64,000 bases of DNA from Amphiscolops sp. MND2022 (taxonomy: Eukaryota), in contig OZ076409.1 of assembly GCA_964187785.1 (NCBI GenBank), positions 28,460,001 to 28,524,000 of the forward strand, written 5' to 3'. Positions 1 through 13,355 of this stretch are shown piece after piece (positions within the stretch are counted from its first letter, which is position 1; each line of letters begins with the position of its first letter). The notes below the pieces were generated by a model. It saw only the letters and a program-made list of their open reading frames with translations. It searched no databases and had not been told where the DNA came from. Made by a program: the position numbers and the translations under genes.

Positions 1-2017
1 GGGCATGCAATTTTTGCCTTTACGCAGGCACAGATTGGACAAATCCTGAGAATGGTCGCAGATGAATGTAGAGCCAGCCAACTTAACGTAGATAGTTCTG
101 AAGCTCCGGGACATTCCGACAGATCTAGCAATGCGCTCATTCTTTCAACACCGCCTGACACTGTAACTGAGGTTGGTTCTGAGAGATCAGCTTTTACTAG
201 GTGTATCGAGACTAGTCGTGGACTCAGAAGCGATGATGATTTACCGGCTTTCTCAGACCTTGGACGGGGCCGAGTCATAGCAATTACTGTGAGTGAATTT
301 CTCGCCATATCGAAACTCAGCAGCAAATTGGAGGTTGCCTGCAAACTCAGAGTCGAAAGGGACCGACGAGAGAAGAAAATTGATCAAATTTGATCAGAAA
401 ATTGACCCGGGTTTCCCGACCAGGCCGATCATAATCTGACCATATTATGGCACCATAGAAATCATACAAATTTCCTTACTATGATCTTGCTATGATCGGC
501 CTGGAATCATATATGGTCCAGAGTATGATCGGCCTGGAATCATATATGATCCAGAGTATGATCGGCCTGAAATCATATATGGTTCAGAGTAGGGTCAGCC
601 TGGAATCATAATTTTTTTAAATATATATTTTTTTAATTTTCAAACAAAAATTTTCAAATATTGAGAACAGCCAGCTTTATAGGCTGAGGGCAATGGAGCC
701 ACATTCGACCTTTGGTATCTGCGAACGATACATTGCAGGTCAGAACTCCGTTAAGCTCTAAGCGGAGTTAAAAACAAACTATAGTAACTCAATTTGTTCT
801 CAGCCACTCATTTGTTAATAACTAACTCTTTTGTTATAGCAGTACCCACTTTGCAGTATGATTTTCGATTATTTCGAGAAAAATTACCAATAATTCAGCA
901 AAAGATGCCCAAAATTGATGATTGCTGCCTTGTTTTCAATTTGGTGATTTTATTGGACATTTGGTTGAGGAATATCTTGTAATTTCATCAGTGTATGCGT
1001 TAATTGACTACATTATCCTAATTTGCTTTTTATGGCTCCAGGCTGACCATACTCTGGGCCATAAAGGTTTATGATTCCAGGCTGATCATAGACTGAACCA
1101 TATATGGCCCAGAATATGGTCAGGCTGGAACCATAAACTTTGCTTTTTTATGGTTCCAGGCTGATCATAGACTGGACCACATATGTCCAGAGTATGGTCA
1201 GCCTGGAACCATAAACCATTATGGTCCAGAGTATGATCAGCCTGGAATCATACTGTGAGTATGATGGCAGAGTATGATTGACCCGTTTTTGTATGGGAGG
1301 GAAACCCGGGGAGGCTTTCAGCCTCGAAACGGTCACTGGACGGAACAATGATGAGGTTGGGCGATTAGCCCTAGTTACGTCACCCACTTTTTGAACGAGA
1401 CTCAATCACGTAGGCCTCACCAGCAGCAATATCAAGGTATCGGGGGCATTCGACATCAACGTCATCCTCGAGGGACCGATTGACAGTCAGTTGTGTTAGC
1501 CTGCTTTTCTCCCATTACCGCCTCCGAGGACATTTTCACATTGAACAAGAAATATCTTGTATTGAAGAGTACCAGTCAGTCGCTTGTTGATTAACTGAGG
1601 CAAAAGTATTTAGAAATGTTACAGCCTACCTTGTTCGTGGTACATTTCCGCATGGAACAACGAGCCCTTCGCAAGGAGCATATCTTATTTAGGCTGTTTA
1701 AACTGGCTTGTCGTTGCCTTAAAGAGCTTTTCCAGGTGTTACCGCTGGTCTTTTTCGGTTCCGTGAAGACTGAGAATCCCACCAGCAGATTAATTGACTC
1801 GATACAGCCATATTTCAAGAATGTTCCTCACAGTATAGAAGCTATGACAACTGACCAATCTGTATCCCGCTCTCTGCAGCTCGAGCCTGTTTTTTGGCAA
1901 TCGCGGGTTTTCCGACCCTTACAGTCCCTGGTCCTTTCTGTGGCCTCCGACGGACGAGGTCCTCCTAAATCTTTGGGAGTACCTGTCACAGTCCGCGCCC
2001 GGACTGGATTGAATTAA
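1..2017 (+). pseudogene. Decayed antisense accessory gene of Gypsy element D, homologous to the hAT-like gene of element C; interrupted by a MITE at 406-1310
   Basis: 1-80 reads GHAIFAFTQAQIGQILRMVADEC vs GHPTVAFNQEQMHAILRTVADES in ORF 55720. ORF 1616-2017 has LFRLFKLACRCLKELFQVLPLVFFGSVKTENPTSRL vs LFHLFRLCCLCITESHQELPAIKFHGVDTSSSNCRL in ORF 58808. Confidence 0.8.
406..1310. mobile_element. Non-autonomous TIR DNA transposon (MITE), CACTA/EnSpm(CMC)-like
   Basis: 12-bp TIR CCCGGGTTTCCC (406) / GGGAAACCCGGG (to 1310); 2-bp TSD GA on both sides; ~36-bp subterminal repeats (ccagagtatgatcggcctggaatcatatatgg) at ~490-610 and ~1035-1250, in both orientations. Confidence 0.85.
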
Positions 2018-2060
2018 AAGCAAACTAAAACTAATATAGGTCACCGCTTCGCCAATACGA

Positions 2061-2570
2061 TTGAATTTGCGTCGCGACTACGCTACGTCACAGCTATGGC
2101 AGCTAGTCAGAAATTCATTCCAAAATGTGACGTCAGCATCTCGTCTAACTTGGCAACTAGCCAGAAAGTATTCCAAATCAGACGACGATATGACGTCACA
2201 GCTATGGCAGCTAGCTAATTTTCATTCCAAATTTACGTCCACTATATCGGCGGACTAAGTCTAATACTAATACGTACGTCCACGTTACGTCGCAAATCCA
2301 TCAAAATAGCTGTTTTAATCCATCCAAAACACCACATTTACGTCCACACTACGTCCACTATAATGGCGGACTAAGTGTAAGACCAAATTTACGTCCACTC
2401 TACGTCCCAAATTTATAAAAATTAGGCGTTTTAGTCTGTATTAAACTTCAAAGAAGCTTTATTTTACTATGGTAAAACTAATCGAAGCTAGAATATGAAT
2501 CAACGTCAACACTACGTCGCAATCTAACTAACCAAACCAAATTTTGAATCTACGTCAGTATTGCGTCGAC
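2061..2570. repeat. Cluster of short degenerate repeats (acgtcacagctatggcagctag x2; tttacgtccac/ctacgtc motifs; ggcggactaagt x2)
   Basis: Repeated motifs seen directly; probably a TE fragment, but termini not found. Confidence 0.55.
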
Positions 2571-5500
2571 TAAGATTCAATTCGAACGGAAAATGGTATT
2601 TAAGCCTGGATTTTTCAGATTTACTTAAAATAACAGTGTTTTATTACGATTTACATTGAAAAATCACAGTTTATTTTCAATTTGTGTTAATAAAGTGAAG
2701 TCCTAGCTGGATTTTAAATGTACGTTTTGACTACCCAATTTCATAAGTTCATATGCTGTTTGACGATGTCACGTCGTCTTTTATTGTTGCTCAAAGGTGT
2801 TGCTCCTAACTTTAATCAGATAAATATTTATCAATTGTTGAAATATATAATTGTTTAGCCTCATGTAAATCAGTTACTCTCTTAGCATCACCAAATTGCC
2901 TAAATCAAGATAATTAGTCATAATTTTCTTCAAGTGGAACTTCAAAATCAGGTATTAGTTGTTCACGTCAGCGTCATCTCCGCGTCGGTTTCTTACGAAC
3001 CAAAGCAGAAAAACGGGGAAGTATTTCCGGTTTGACAGACTGAAGTAATATCTACTTCCTGCTTGGGAGGAAACAAAAGGACGCCGGAATGAAATGATAT
3101 GATCATGATTGATGTCTAATACTAGATTAGAATTGCCGTGTCTTAAAAATTGACGAAATGCTGACAAAGATCAAAGTTTTGCCGCAAAATTACAGGAAGT
3201 GACTAATATTTCTATGGAAATTAAAGTACGCGAGTATGAACAGATGATGCTAGGAGGGTATATATAGCTTGTACCTGTAAACTTATTCATTCAATTTCTG
3301 ATTCAACTGCTGTCTTGTATCAAATTCTACTTTGTTAAAACAATTACTCTGCAAACTTCACTTCAAAATTGATAAATCCGAAAATCTTTTCATCAAGAGA
3401 AGCTAGAAAAAAAGAATGTCCTTCAAAAAAGCAACAAACATAATCAGAAATGTACAGAACAACGACCCTAACAGGAGTCGTTACAGTACCGAAATGAAGA
3501 CGCGTTTTAGTCAGGTATTGTCCGACGCTGAGTTGTCCTGTTCTGTCGGACTTGCGTGCTGGTAGTAGTCATTGAATTAGTTGTTTAGTTGCCTTATGTA
3601 TAGTTTAATTTTTTTGTTCATTGTGTATTAATACTCGAGCTGTTTTATGTCGCTATTCTGTTGCATTTTTAATGCTGAAACCTAGTTCTTCTAGTCAGCT
3701 AGCTCATCATATTTTATCGAACGTCTTCTGAGTATTTAGGTTTTGGGTGGGATGGTAAGTTATACTTCCTTCTCTTGGGACTTGCATTGGCCACTTCGTT
3801 TTCATCATTTGTTTTGTCCAATACTTCGAGCACGATAGTATCGCCCTCTCCTGACGGTTTGTGATCGTAAAACAAAACATTTGCGAAGTCTGATGATGTC
3901 ATGTTGTTAGAATCGATCTTATAGTTTTCCAGCAATTCAGCGCACCGAATGTCAACGTCGATTGAAACTTAGTATTGTTGGCCAGCATCATCAATAGAGT
4001 CTCTAGTGGAATTCGTTTCAATAATAAGTGGCATAATCGACTCATTATGGCCAGAATTAGGAATTTCTTCGGATTCTGAATCCCAAGTGATAATATGTAG
4101 ATCATATTGTGGGACAGCAGTTTAATCGTCCGATTGTAAAATGCCTTCTGGGCGAACGTCCTGTGGAGATGTGTTTGTTTTAACTGAGCCCAACCGGATC
4201 CTATGTAGTATTTTTGTAGAAGTGTGTCCTTCGTAGTGGAATTGTTTCTTTATCAAAATTGTTTTGTGTTTCTTCGTCATCCTCCGTGTAGTTTTTTTGA
4301 ACCTCTTCGGAAACTACCGCCAGTTGGACTTTGAGTTCAATGGGCATTGTTGGTATGTCTTCACGGATTCTGAACAATCCTTTTTTTGGAGGATCGACAA
4401 AAGTCTGCAGCAGTCTTGCTTTTACCGTGATTATGCCTAACGGTGAATTATTCTAAATTACGTAGGTATATGCATTCCAAAGTGTGGGGAGTATTATAAT
4501 AGTACAATCACAGGTCTCGCTATTTGTGCAAACTCCTTCAATGCGAAGATTATGGCTTGGAATTCCTTTGTCCATAAGGACATTTAAAACTGGGTAGGAC
4601 CAAAGGTCTCGGATCCGTAAGCCAGTGGTGCAAAGGTTTTCATCGTTGAAATTTAATTGTCAAGGGGAACGTCTTCGATGAGAACTGAGTAACCAGCGGC
4701 CGTAAAACTAGCGTCAGTCATGAGAGCTATCTGTTTGTTTGGCAGAGGTTGTTTGAGTCTTAGTTCACAGCATCCGTCAAGTGCCCTACTGATCTCGTTG
4801 AGTTCTAGCAATAGGTTCTGTGTTACTAGGACTTTCTCATCATTATTCAAGTTCTTTAAAAATGGTGTTAGTCATTCTTAGATACTGGAGATGTAATTCC
4901 GATAGTAATTCAAGAAATCAAGAAATCCAGACATCTTTGTAAAGCCTTCTTGGTTTTCGGGAGTTTTGTGTTCTCCAGGAACTTTCGGACCCGTGGTCTT
5001 TGTGGCTTCACTCCTGCTGGGTTGATGATTGATCTCAGATCCCAAAAAAAACAATTTTCTTGGGCTAATTTTGAAAGAAATATCGGACTCGCATATTCGG
5101 CGATTGGGAGTGTTAGTATTTTCTCATATCGAGGCAAGACCATCACTTCCACGAGGGGGTACCGTCTTTAAGATTTATTCGCGTCGGGAAATTTTTAATT
5201 TAGGCTAGAGAAATGTCTCTTGGCGTTAGTTCGAATTTACACTCCTCATTCATACCTTTGTTGAAGCACTGTTTTGCTAAGATATCGTGAAATTTGACTA
5301 GGAGGTCTCTTTTGCGGGCATTTTTGTTTGGTTGCAGCAGAGAGTCTGTCCAATCAATGTTAGAAAAGAATTGCCGAGGATGGATGCCAAGTTATCCCGA
5401 GGATTGAGTTGTTCCAAATGTTGAAGGGTTTTTAGTTGTTTCAGAATACCATTCTGAATTGGTGTATGATCCTTAGAGTCTCCAGGGTCTTCCGGTGTGG

Positions 5501-7249
5501 GCAATCTGTAGTTATTTTTAAGGGCTTCAGATTTCTTGAACTTTATTAGGCTGCTCGCATAGAAAGCAGCATTTTCAGTGTTTTCCAGTATCAGGACCCA
5601 TGTGAACATCGGGTCTTCTGGGTTGACGTATTTTGTATGTTCTGGTGATAGGTCAGAGAAATTGGCAATATGCGAACCCTGTTCGAGGATGTAGGGATGG
5701 TATGTGAAATTGTTCAAATGAATGATAATTTGACCCTTTCTCAGTGTGACTAGCCCAGAAAAGAAGGCTATTTCGCCATCTTTAGTTAGTGCTTTGCTTG
5801 GTGGATGATGGGTGTGACAATGTTGTCAACTTACAATTGCGAATGCAATGACACTAGCTGAGTATCAGTGGGTGGAATGGTTACGTCCTCTCTTGTACAC
5901 ATAGGTTCCATAACGTTTGTGTTTTCGTGATCTTCGGTTTTCAATTGCATTGAAAACAAAGGAAAGTATAACGACGCCTTGATTCACGTCCAAGGTGGTA
6001 TAATTTCCTTGGAGGATTGAACGACCAAGAAAGGACTTGATGTTTTTCCATTGCAGTGAAGATTTCATGAAAATTAAAATCGCCGAGCTCAAATTTCAAT
6101 GCCAAGGTCCTCTTAGGGTTTTCTAACTTCCCGTTTGAAACCATGCTTTGGAAGTTTGACGCTGGAACCTCTTTTATATTTGACTGAGGGGCAAGTCATC
6201 GAATTTTAGGTAAATTAGCTTCCTGGATTGCACTAGATAGGGCACCCGTGTCTACAAGGCCATCATCTAAATTCAAATAGTCAGAGTCCATCGGGAAGTA
6301 GAGCGTTCGCCGTTTATAGTTCAGCCCAAGATTGTTTGTCAGCGGTACATAGTCAGCTTCCCTGGTTCTCATGATCAGGGCGTTCACAAACCGCTCTTCC
6401 ACTTCTGTAGCCAAAGATTCCTGTGGTCCATTTTCGTGAAACTCGTCTTCCGGCTTGTCTTGAGACGTCTGGGAAAATGAATTAATATTATGCTGCCATA
6501 GATCAACTATTACGTTTGCCAAGACCTTGTTAAGAGGTGTATCTTTTTCTAAGACACACGCTTCATTCCAGTGTCTTCTTTGTCGTAGTTTTTTTGAAAA
6601 TGTAGATGAAGCTGATTCAAAACCGTAGTCTGGGTCATGTTGATAGGGGTAATCGTCATCTACGAGGAGAAGGTGTTGTGTTTTGTATTGCTTGCAGTCG
6701 ATCGGGCACATGATTCAAATTGTGTAAGAAAGTGGGAAAAGTTGTCATCCGCTGCTGCTAGTCAGCTGATGATGTGCTTTTACGCGACCAGTATTATTTG
6801 GTATAGTACAGACTTGGAGTGTTATATAATATATACTGTCTGATCGGTGTTTTTTTAATTAGTTGGAGTCGTGGCGATTATAATTCTTTTAGGTTTTTCA
6901 AAGATAGAAGTAGTTTGTTTGGTATTAGCGTCGATATGACTGGAGGAGGTATCTTCTGTTTGGGATTGTCCGATTTAAGGATTGAGGTGTGCCCCCCATT
7001 CACCTTCACAGCATCGTTTGGCAGGGCGACTGCTTTCGTCACAGGTGGGACGTTTCAAATATTTCTTCTTAGACGTCAGGCTTTCAATGCGCTTGGCCTT
7101 CTCATTTCCTTCAAGTTTCCTACATTCATTTTCAAGATGGCTGTTTTTTGCAATAGTTGCATGAGGTCCCAGGGTCAATTCCAAAGTAGAGGAGCCCACC
7201 ACCCGCTCGTGACGTTGCAGGGGTTGTAGTCATGGAGGGAATAGTTAGT

Positions 7250-7290
7250 CTTCTTCTTCTTCTTCTTCTTCTTCTTCTTCTTCTTCTTCT
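7250..7290. repeat. (CTT)n microsatellite, ~13 units
   Basis: Direct observation. Confidence 0.95.
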
Positions 7291-7996
7291 AGATCATTTA
7301 AATGGAGCTCACAGTCTACGTGCGTAAAATTTTCGTCATATGTGTCGTTTTGATGTCGCGCCATGTTGAATGAATGTTTCAGTTTCGTTCAATCTGTTTT
7401 AGAGGAGGCTATCGATATTTGCCTGGGCGTGTTCACCAAACGCTTTTTCGGCGCTCTGATTGAGCTCATCAAGGACGACGGACCGTTACATGGTGTTTGT
7501 TTCAAACTCCAACATGTGCCATTTATGTTTGGCTGTTACCTGGAACTCCAATATGACATATTTTCTTCCGAAAACAATCAATATGTCCTCCAGAGATTGT
7601 GTTTTGGCTGACATTGTGTTGCGAAAAGTTTGTAGAGCGTTTTTGCACAAAAACAAATGGGAATGATTTATTTTCGTTGGTTTAGTCAGATCTGGTTTAT
7701 CATCGTATAAAAAAAGACTTCAAAGAGCTCATTTTTTTCGCACTTCCCATCGAAGGTCAAGGTTGTACTGACTGGTCGTACCATAAATGTTTGCGCTGAT
7801 GGTTTATTCTTGATACCTACTAGTACGTCGGGAAGACGTTTGATGAGGTCAGTAGGGGAATATTGAGCTTGGTTCTCTGGAGCTAGGAAGGTTGTGTCCA
7901 GAGAATCGTCACAGCAGATATTTGGCATTGGGTAGTGTTACGGTATTGCATGGGTTGTCCTGTCAAGAATTCAGGAACCACACAAGGGGTGGCGTT

Positions 7997-8010
7997 GGCT
8001 CCTGTCACCA
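7997..8010 (-). promoter_or_regulatory. Probable primer-binding site of element D
   Basis: Minus strand reads ...GACA|TGGTGACAGGAGCC just upstream of the gag remnants; CA followed by TGG is the usual LTR/PBS junction. tRNA not assigned. Confidence 0.6.
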
Positions 8011-8944
8011 TGTCTTACTCTCTCTCTCTCTCTAATGATTGAGTCTAATGAGCTCTCTCTAGAATAATAAACTATTTTAGGATGTCTTTAGTTGCAGAAG
8101 TACCTTCGGTGTTCCTCTGCAAACCTGCGGAGTGAAAGAACATTTTTGCACTTTTCCGTTTTCCGAAGTTCTTATGCTTCCTTGTAACTGTGGGATCACT
8201 TTCTCTATAATAGCGGCGTTCCAGTCCAACTCCATTTTCCTCTAAATTTCTCACCATTTGTGAATTTTTTTCCTCAAAATAACTCTGTCCGTTTTTACGG
8301 GTATGTTTTCTTTTCCTCCACTCTTTGCTATTGAACAGAGACCTGAAATCATCTCCTATAGCAATAGTGATCTTTTTATCATGTTTCATGGTTGAAGGTA
8401 TCACAAAATTATATCAGTTCAAAACTGAATTATCAGATCAACAGGATATAGCAACGTTGTGTGTACCAAATTGGATAGATGTAAATTGAATGAACGATAA
8501 ACTAGCTGAGCCTTTATCTAATATATATATGTCCGTACTTCAGTTTCATTCTTCCAGAAATAGCATTTTAATAATTAATTACCAGTTATTCTTGACTCTC
8601 AATTTACTTTCGAGCCTCAATATTGTGCGGCATCAGTTCATTAGCTGTTTTTAGCAAAATGGTTGAGTGACACATTGTTTGAGAAGTATGAAAGGTGGGT
8701 TTTAAAAAGCGGCCTAATTCGAGAACAGCTACTAAAATTACATTGTGATATCATCCGCAAAATGGAAAATTACGATCAACATAATTTGTTTCTGTTTATC
8801 GGCTTATGAAATCAAACAATGTATTTCTATTTTTCTACACAAAGTTCTTAGTTTCGAAAGTTGTATCATAGAAGCAATTGATAGTCCTGTATTTTCAAGT
8901 AAATCCGGAATGTTAAAGATGTTTACCACCGGTAAAATGTTTTT

Positions 8945-10370
8945 CCGGATACCAGACAAAAGCGCCCCAGACAAAAGCGCCCCAGACAAAAGCGCCCAAA
9001 ATAGGCAGTCAAAAGAGCCCCAGTCATAAACGCCCCAATCAAAGACAACAGAGGACTTGCTGACTCTTTTCCAAAACCAGTTTCAAGTACCTCACTCCAG
9101 TTAAATAATTATAAGTATTTAATCTCAAACCCTTGTAATGATAAATTGATACCTTAATAAATTTGTATAGTTCGTTCAGAAATGCCGAAATTAGCAGTTT
9201 ATATCGTTTTCAATTGAAATTTGCAAGGTGTGAAAATGGCAAACCTGACATTATCAGTGAGGTAATCATGTCTTTGAGGCGGTGAAATCAAATCAAATAT
9301 TTGACAGACGTTTTGGACTGGGGGGCTTCTGTCTGTTCACGGTTTTGATGTTAAAGATTATTTTTTTCCTGAAAAATGAAAAATCATGGACATCCCTTCA
9401 TATCAAGTAGCAATCTATGCTTCTTTAAACACAATATGGAGGCAAAAACTGAAGAATTTTTCAAAAAATTGCTTTGTAAAATGGGCGCTTTTGACTGGGG
9501 CGCTTTCGACTGGGGCGCTTCTGTCTGTTCACGGTTTTGATGTTAAAGATTAGTTTTTTTCCTGAAAAATGAAAAATCATGGACATCCCTTCATATCAAG
9601 TAGCAATCTATGCTTCTTTAAACACAATATGGAGGCAAAAACTGAAGAATTGTTTTAAAAATTGCTTTGTAAAATGGGCGCTTTTGACTGGGGCGCTTCT
9701 GTGTGTTCACGGGTTTGATGTTAAAAATTAGTTTTTTTTCTGAAAAATGAAAAATCATGGACATCCCTTCATATCAAGTAGCAATCTATGCTTCTTTAAA
9801 CACAATATGGAGGCAAAAACTGAAGATTTTTTTAAAAAAATTGCTTTGTAAAATGGGCGCTTTTGACTGGGGCGCTTCTGTCTGTTCACGGTTTTGATGT
9901 TAAAGATTAGTTTTTTCCTGAAAAATGAAAAATCATGGACATCCCTTCATATCACGTAGCAATCTATGCTTCTTTAAACACAATATGGAGGCAAAAACTG
10001 AAGAATTTTTTAAAAAATTGCTTTGTAAAATGGGCGCTTTTGACTGGGGCGCTTCTGTCTGTTCACGGTTTTGATGTTAAAGATTAGTTTTTTCCTGAAA
10101 AATGAAAAATCATGGACATCCCTTCATATCACGTAGCAATCTATGCTTCTTTAAACACAATATGGAGGCAAAAACTGAAGAATTTTTAAAAAAATTGCTT
10201 TGTAAAATGGGCGCTTTTGACTGGGGCGCTTCTGTCTGTTCACGGTTTTGATGTTAAAGATTAGTTTTTTCCTGAAAAATGAAAAATCATGGACATCCCT
10301 TCATATCACGTAGCAATCTATGCTTCTTTAAACACAATATGGAGGCAAAAATAAAGATTTTTTTAAAAAT
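8945..10370. repeat. MITE-like element whose right end is amplified into ~6 tandem ~178-bp units (9311-10370)
   Basis: cagacaaaagcgcccc repeats at 8953-9035 are the reverse complement of ggggcgcttttgactggggcgcttctgtctg, which opens each tandem unit. Units are near-identical. Confidence 0.85.
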
Positions 10371-13355
10371 TGCACAGAGCAAGCAAGACTAATAAATTCT
10401 ATAGTTTCTTCTTTTACAAAATTCAAAAAATTGCTTACCATAAGGGAATTGATCGATGATTCTTGTAACAAGGTGAATAAAGTTATGCCAAAAGAAACGC
10501 CGCACAGCAACAAAACTAAAACGAAATTGCAGCGACCTTCGAGAACCATTTCTCCTTCTCCACAACCATACATTAAAGTTTCCCGTGAAGAGAATGTGCA
10601 GTGTGGCTATGTCAGGGAGGATTATTTTATTTAGTCATGCCAAAGCAGATAATTGCATCAACGGGATTCAAGTTTTTGTTTATCACGTTGTGGATACCAC
10701 TTTCCACTTCTAGTACAGTTTTCTTAGTTCACATCTTTTTTCCAATGCATATATCTCCGCTGAATGCATCCGATCAAATCCAGCTCTCAGTGTTACTATC
10801 TACGTTCCGTGGTACAATGACACACAAACATCTTGAACGCCTTGGCAAGATCTTGAACACTCTCTCATTTTCTGTTAGCACCAAAAGCTACATTTTCGTC
10901 TCGAGAAGTTTCAATTACATAGCATTACAAAGCTTATCAATTCAGAACGTGATACTTGTTTAGTAGCGTTTACAGCTGCCGCACGATAAATAGACACGCA
11001 TCGGATGCGGTGCAGCAAACCATTAAATCAACGTGTCAACAATTCTACAGCTGGGTTCTAGAGTCCCAAACAGAAAGCGTTGCACGCAGAGAATTGAATT
11101 ATATGTGCATCGGCACAAATTCACGGACATTTCTGTCAATTTCAATACGCATTACACGCGAAAAAAGCAGATTCCACGCTAAATATCTAACTCTTGAAAA
11201 ACACGGAATTTCGCGCACGAAAAACTAAATTTTCCCGCAATAAAGTAAAGGAACAGCAACTTTCATGAAGAATTTAAAATCGACCTTGTTGTATCATCAC
11301 GTAGCAATACATTGAAATACGAGAAGCTTCCCTAGTCGAGATTGCTTGAACTTTTTACATGCTGCATGGAAACTTGTAAGCTAATTCTTTGCAAAACATG
11401 GAAAATTCAGGGAACATGCATGATACAATTTTGTAAAACTTCCAAGCAGTTTGTAAAATGCTTAAGTCGCATCCATGCACTTTGAAAAAACTTCCAAGCA
11501 GTTTACAGGAATTTCTTTTGAAAAATAGGAAGCAAGAAAACGAAAGCTTCGATGGATGTTAAACCTGGACGACTTTACAAAACTCATTCAAACGCTTTCT
11601 GTTCATCTTGAAAGCTTGTGTATTCATCAAAAGGTCAATTTAATGTAATTTCAATCATAACAAAAAGTGACAAATAAGCACAAAAAAGATAGTTGAGAAG
11701 CCAAACCGAGTTCGTAGCCCTCAGAAGCAAAAGTTACAATTGGTTAAGTCAATTCAATCTTTTACCATGTGACATGCATTTGATGACCGAATCACAAATA
11801 CATACGTATATAAAAAAACTAGAAAGACTCTACATTGTTGACAATTATCAACTTTTAAAACTTTTTTCTAAGTATCTCCGCGTTCCACGCATCAATGTCT
11901 GGTAAAAGTATGCCTTTTAGTTGATTCTCCGGGGGAGAACTCGAAGAGCTACTAAGCTCATTTCTCATCCTATTGGATATTATATATATAGTGATTCATT
12001 ATTTGATATGTTTTGCTTTTAATATCCAATGAAATTATACTTTCAAACTTTCAAACTTTCAAAGAAGTTAGCAAAACCAAACCAGCGTCCAGTTCGCAAA
12101 CGACTGAAACAAAAGCTAGAGCTTTGGCCACGTCTGAAGCACTCCAACTACAAACATGACGAGACCAGAAAACTAACACGGTTGGAGAGGCTGAAACAAA
12201 AGCGTTTCTAAAACATTCGAAACTTTGATACACAGCGAGACAAAAAGCAAGGTTTTCAAACAATTCAAAGCATCGGTTCAGGATGGGATATCAAACTAGT
12301 CCTCGACGTTTTTGCTCATTATTACAATCAAAAGGTTGAAGAAAGGTTTCCGATAACAACAAAAACAAGGTTGAATGTTCCAAAATCTGTATGAAAAGTT
12401 CTCAGAAAGTTCTCCTGAAAACAGCTTCGACAACCCATAGAAAAACGCAAAACAATGGAAGGCATTCCCAAAAAGCTCTTGAGAAACGTCTAAAAGTGTT
12501 TCGGGAATAACGCCTAAAAGAATAACATCTAAAATTCAACGTTTTAAAATAGGGAAGCAGCATAACTGGAAGACAGAATAAGATATAACGCCTAAGATCG
12601 AAATTACCAAAATGGATTAAGATCTAATGGATTACATGTCAGGAGTCGGAAACATTCCTTTGGAGCTAGATTAAGGTCACATCGTCTTGAATGTCTTCAA
12701 CATTCTCTAATACAACCGAGTCGACAATCCCAACAAACACTAACGCGAACTATTAGCCAGATTACATCAGGGGTGTCTCTGCATCGATGGCATCGAAGCC
12801 TAATCTTGACACAACTTGATTGTTTTCTGTTTAAATATGGCCTTCGAACACATTCTTGGAAATTTTCTTTTCATTCAAAAATCTTGACCTTTGTTATTGC
12901 AGTCCTGGTAAAAAGACTTTGTGTATTTTTAGAAGTTCAGGTTTTAGATCTTAGGCGCTGGTTGAACTCCGGAAAAAAAATCTTAGGCGACGTTCTTAGT
13001 TCTTAGTTCTTAAAAAGATCTGAGTTCATTTTGGATCATGTTACACCTTTAGATCTTATCCCATGTGAGGCGTTAGATGATCTTAATCCGTCCTCCCGAG
13101 CGTAACTTACTCCAGACGTTATTCCCGCCTTACATTTCAACGTAGTTTGATTTTTTTTCTAAAATTCAAATTTTTCAAACAAAATCGATGATTTTCATCT
13201 TCTAAATGTTCAAAAAGGCGATGATTCGCATGAAGTTTGAATCGAAATGCTCACAAAAGCCTGTTATAGCACTTATTCTACTATATCAGATTTCGTTACT
13301 GGCTGAAATTTCGTGGCTGAAAAAAAATTATAGAAAAATTGAGTTTTCAACCAAT

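Larger units (their letters stand above)
3714..8010 (-). pseudogene. Decayed Ty3/Gypsy gag-pol (element D), related to element C
   Basis: Fragments: protease GLVDTGALSSAI, RT PIAEYASPIF, RNase H LMTDASFTAAGY, C-terminus RRKYNLPSHPKPKY matching GGKYNLRPNPTPNY of ORF 60021. Many stops, frameshifts and deletions. Confidence 0.9.

Noticed and set aside
688..742. HDV-like or hammerhead ribozyme call
   Set aside because: Pseudoknot-like pairing is possible, but there is no P4/J4-2 catalytic segment and no CUGANGA...GAAA core; kept only as an unassigned structure.
9311..10370. CRISPR-like array
   Set aside because: Units are full-length tandem copies with no unique spacers; no cas genes; eukaryotic context.
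10380..13350. Host protein-coding genes
   Set aside because: Only short AT-rich ORFs without domains or a coherent splice structure; much of the region lies within a non-autonomous transposon.
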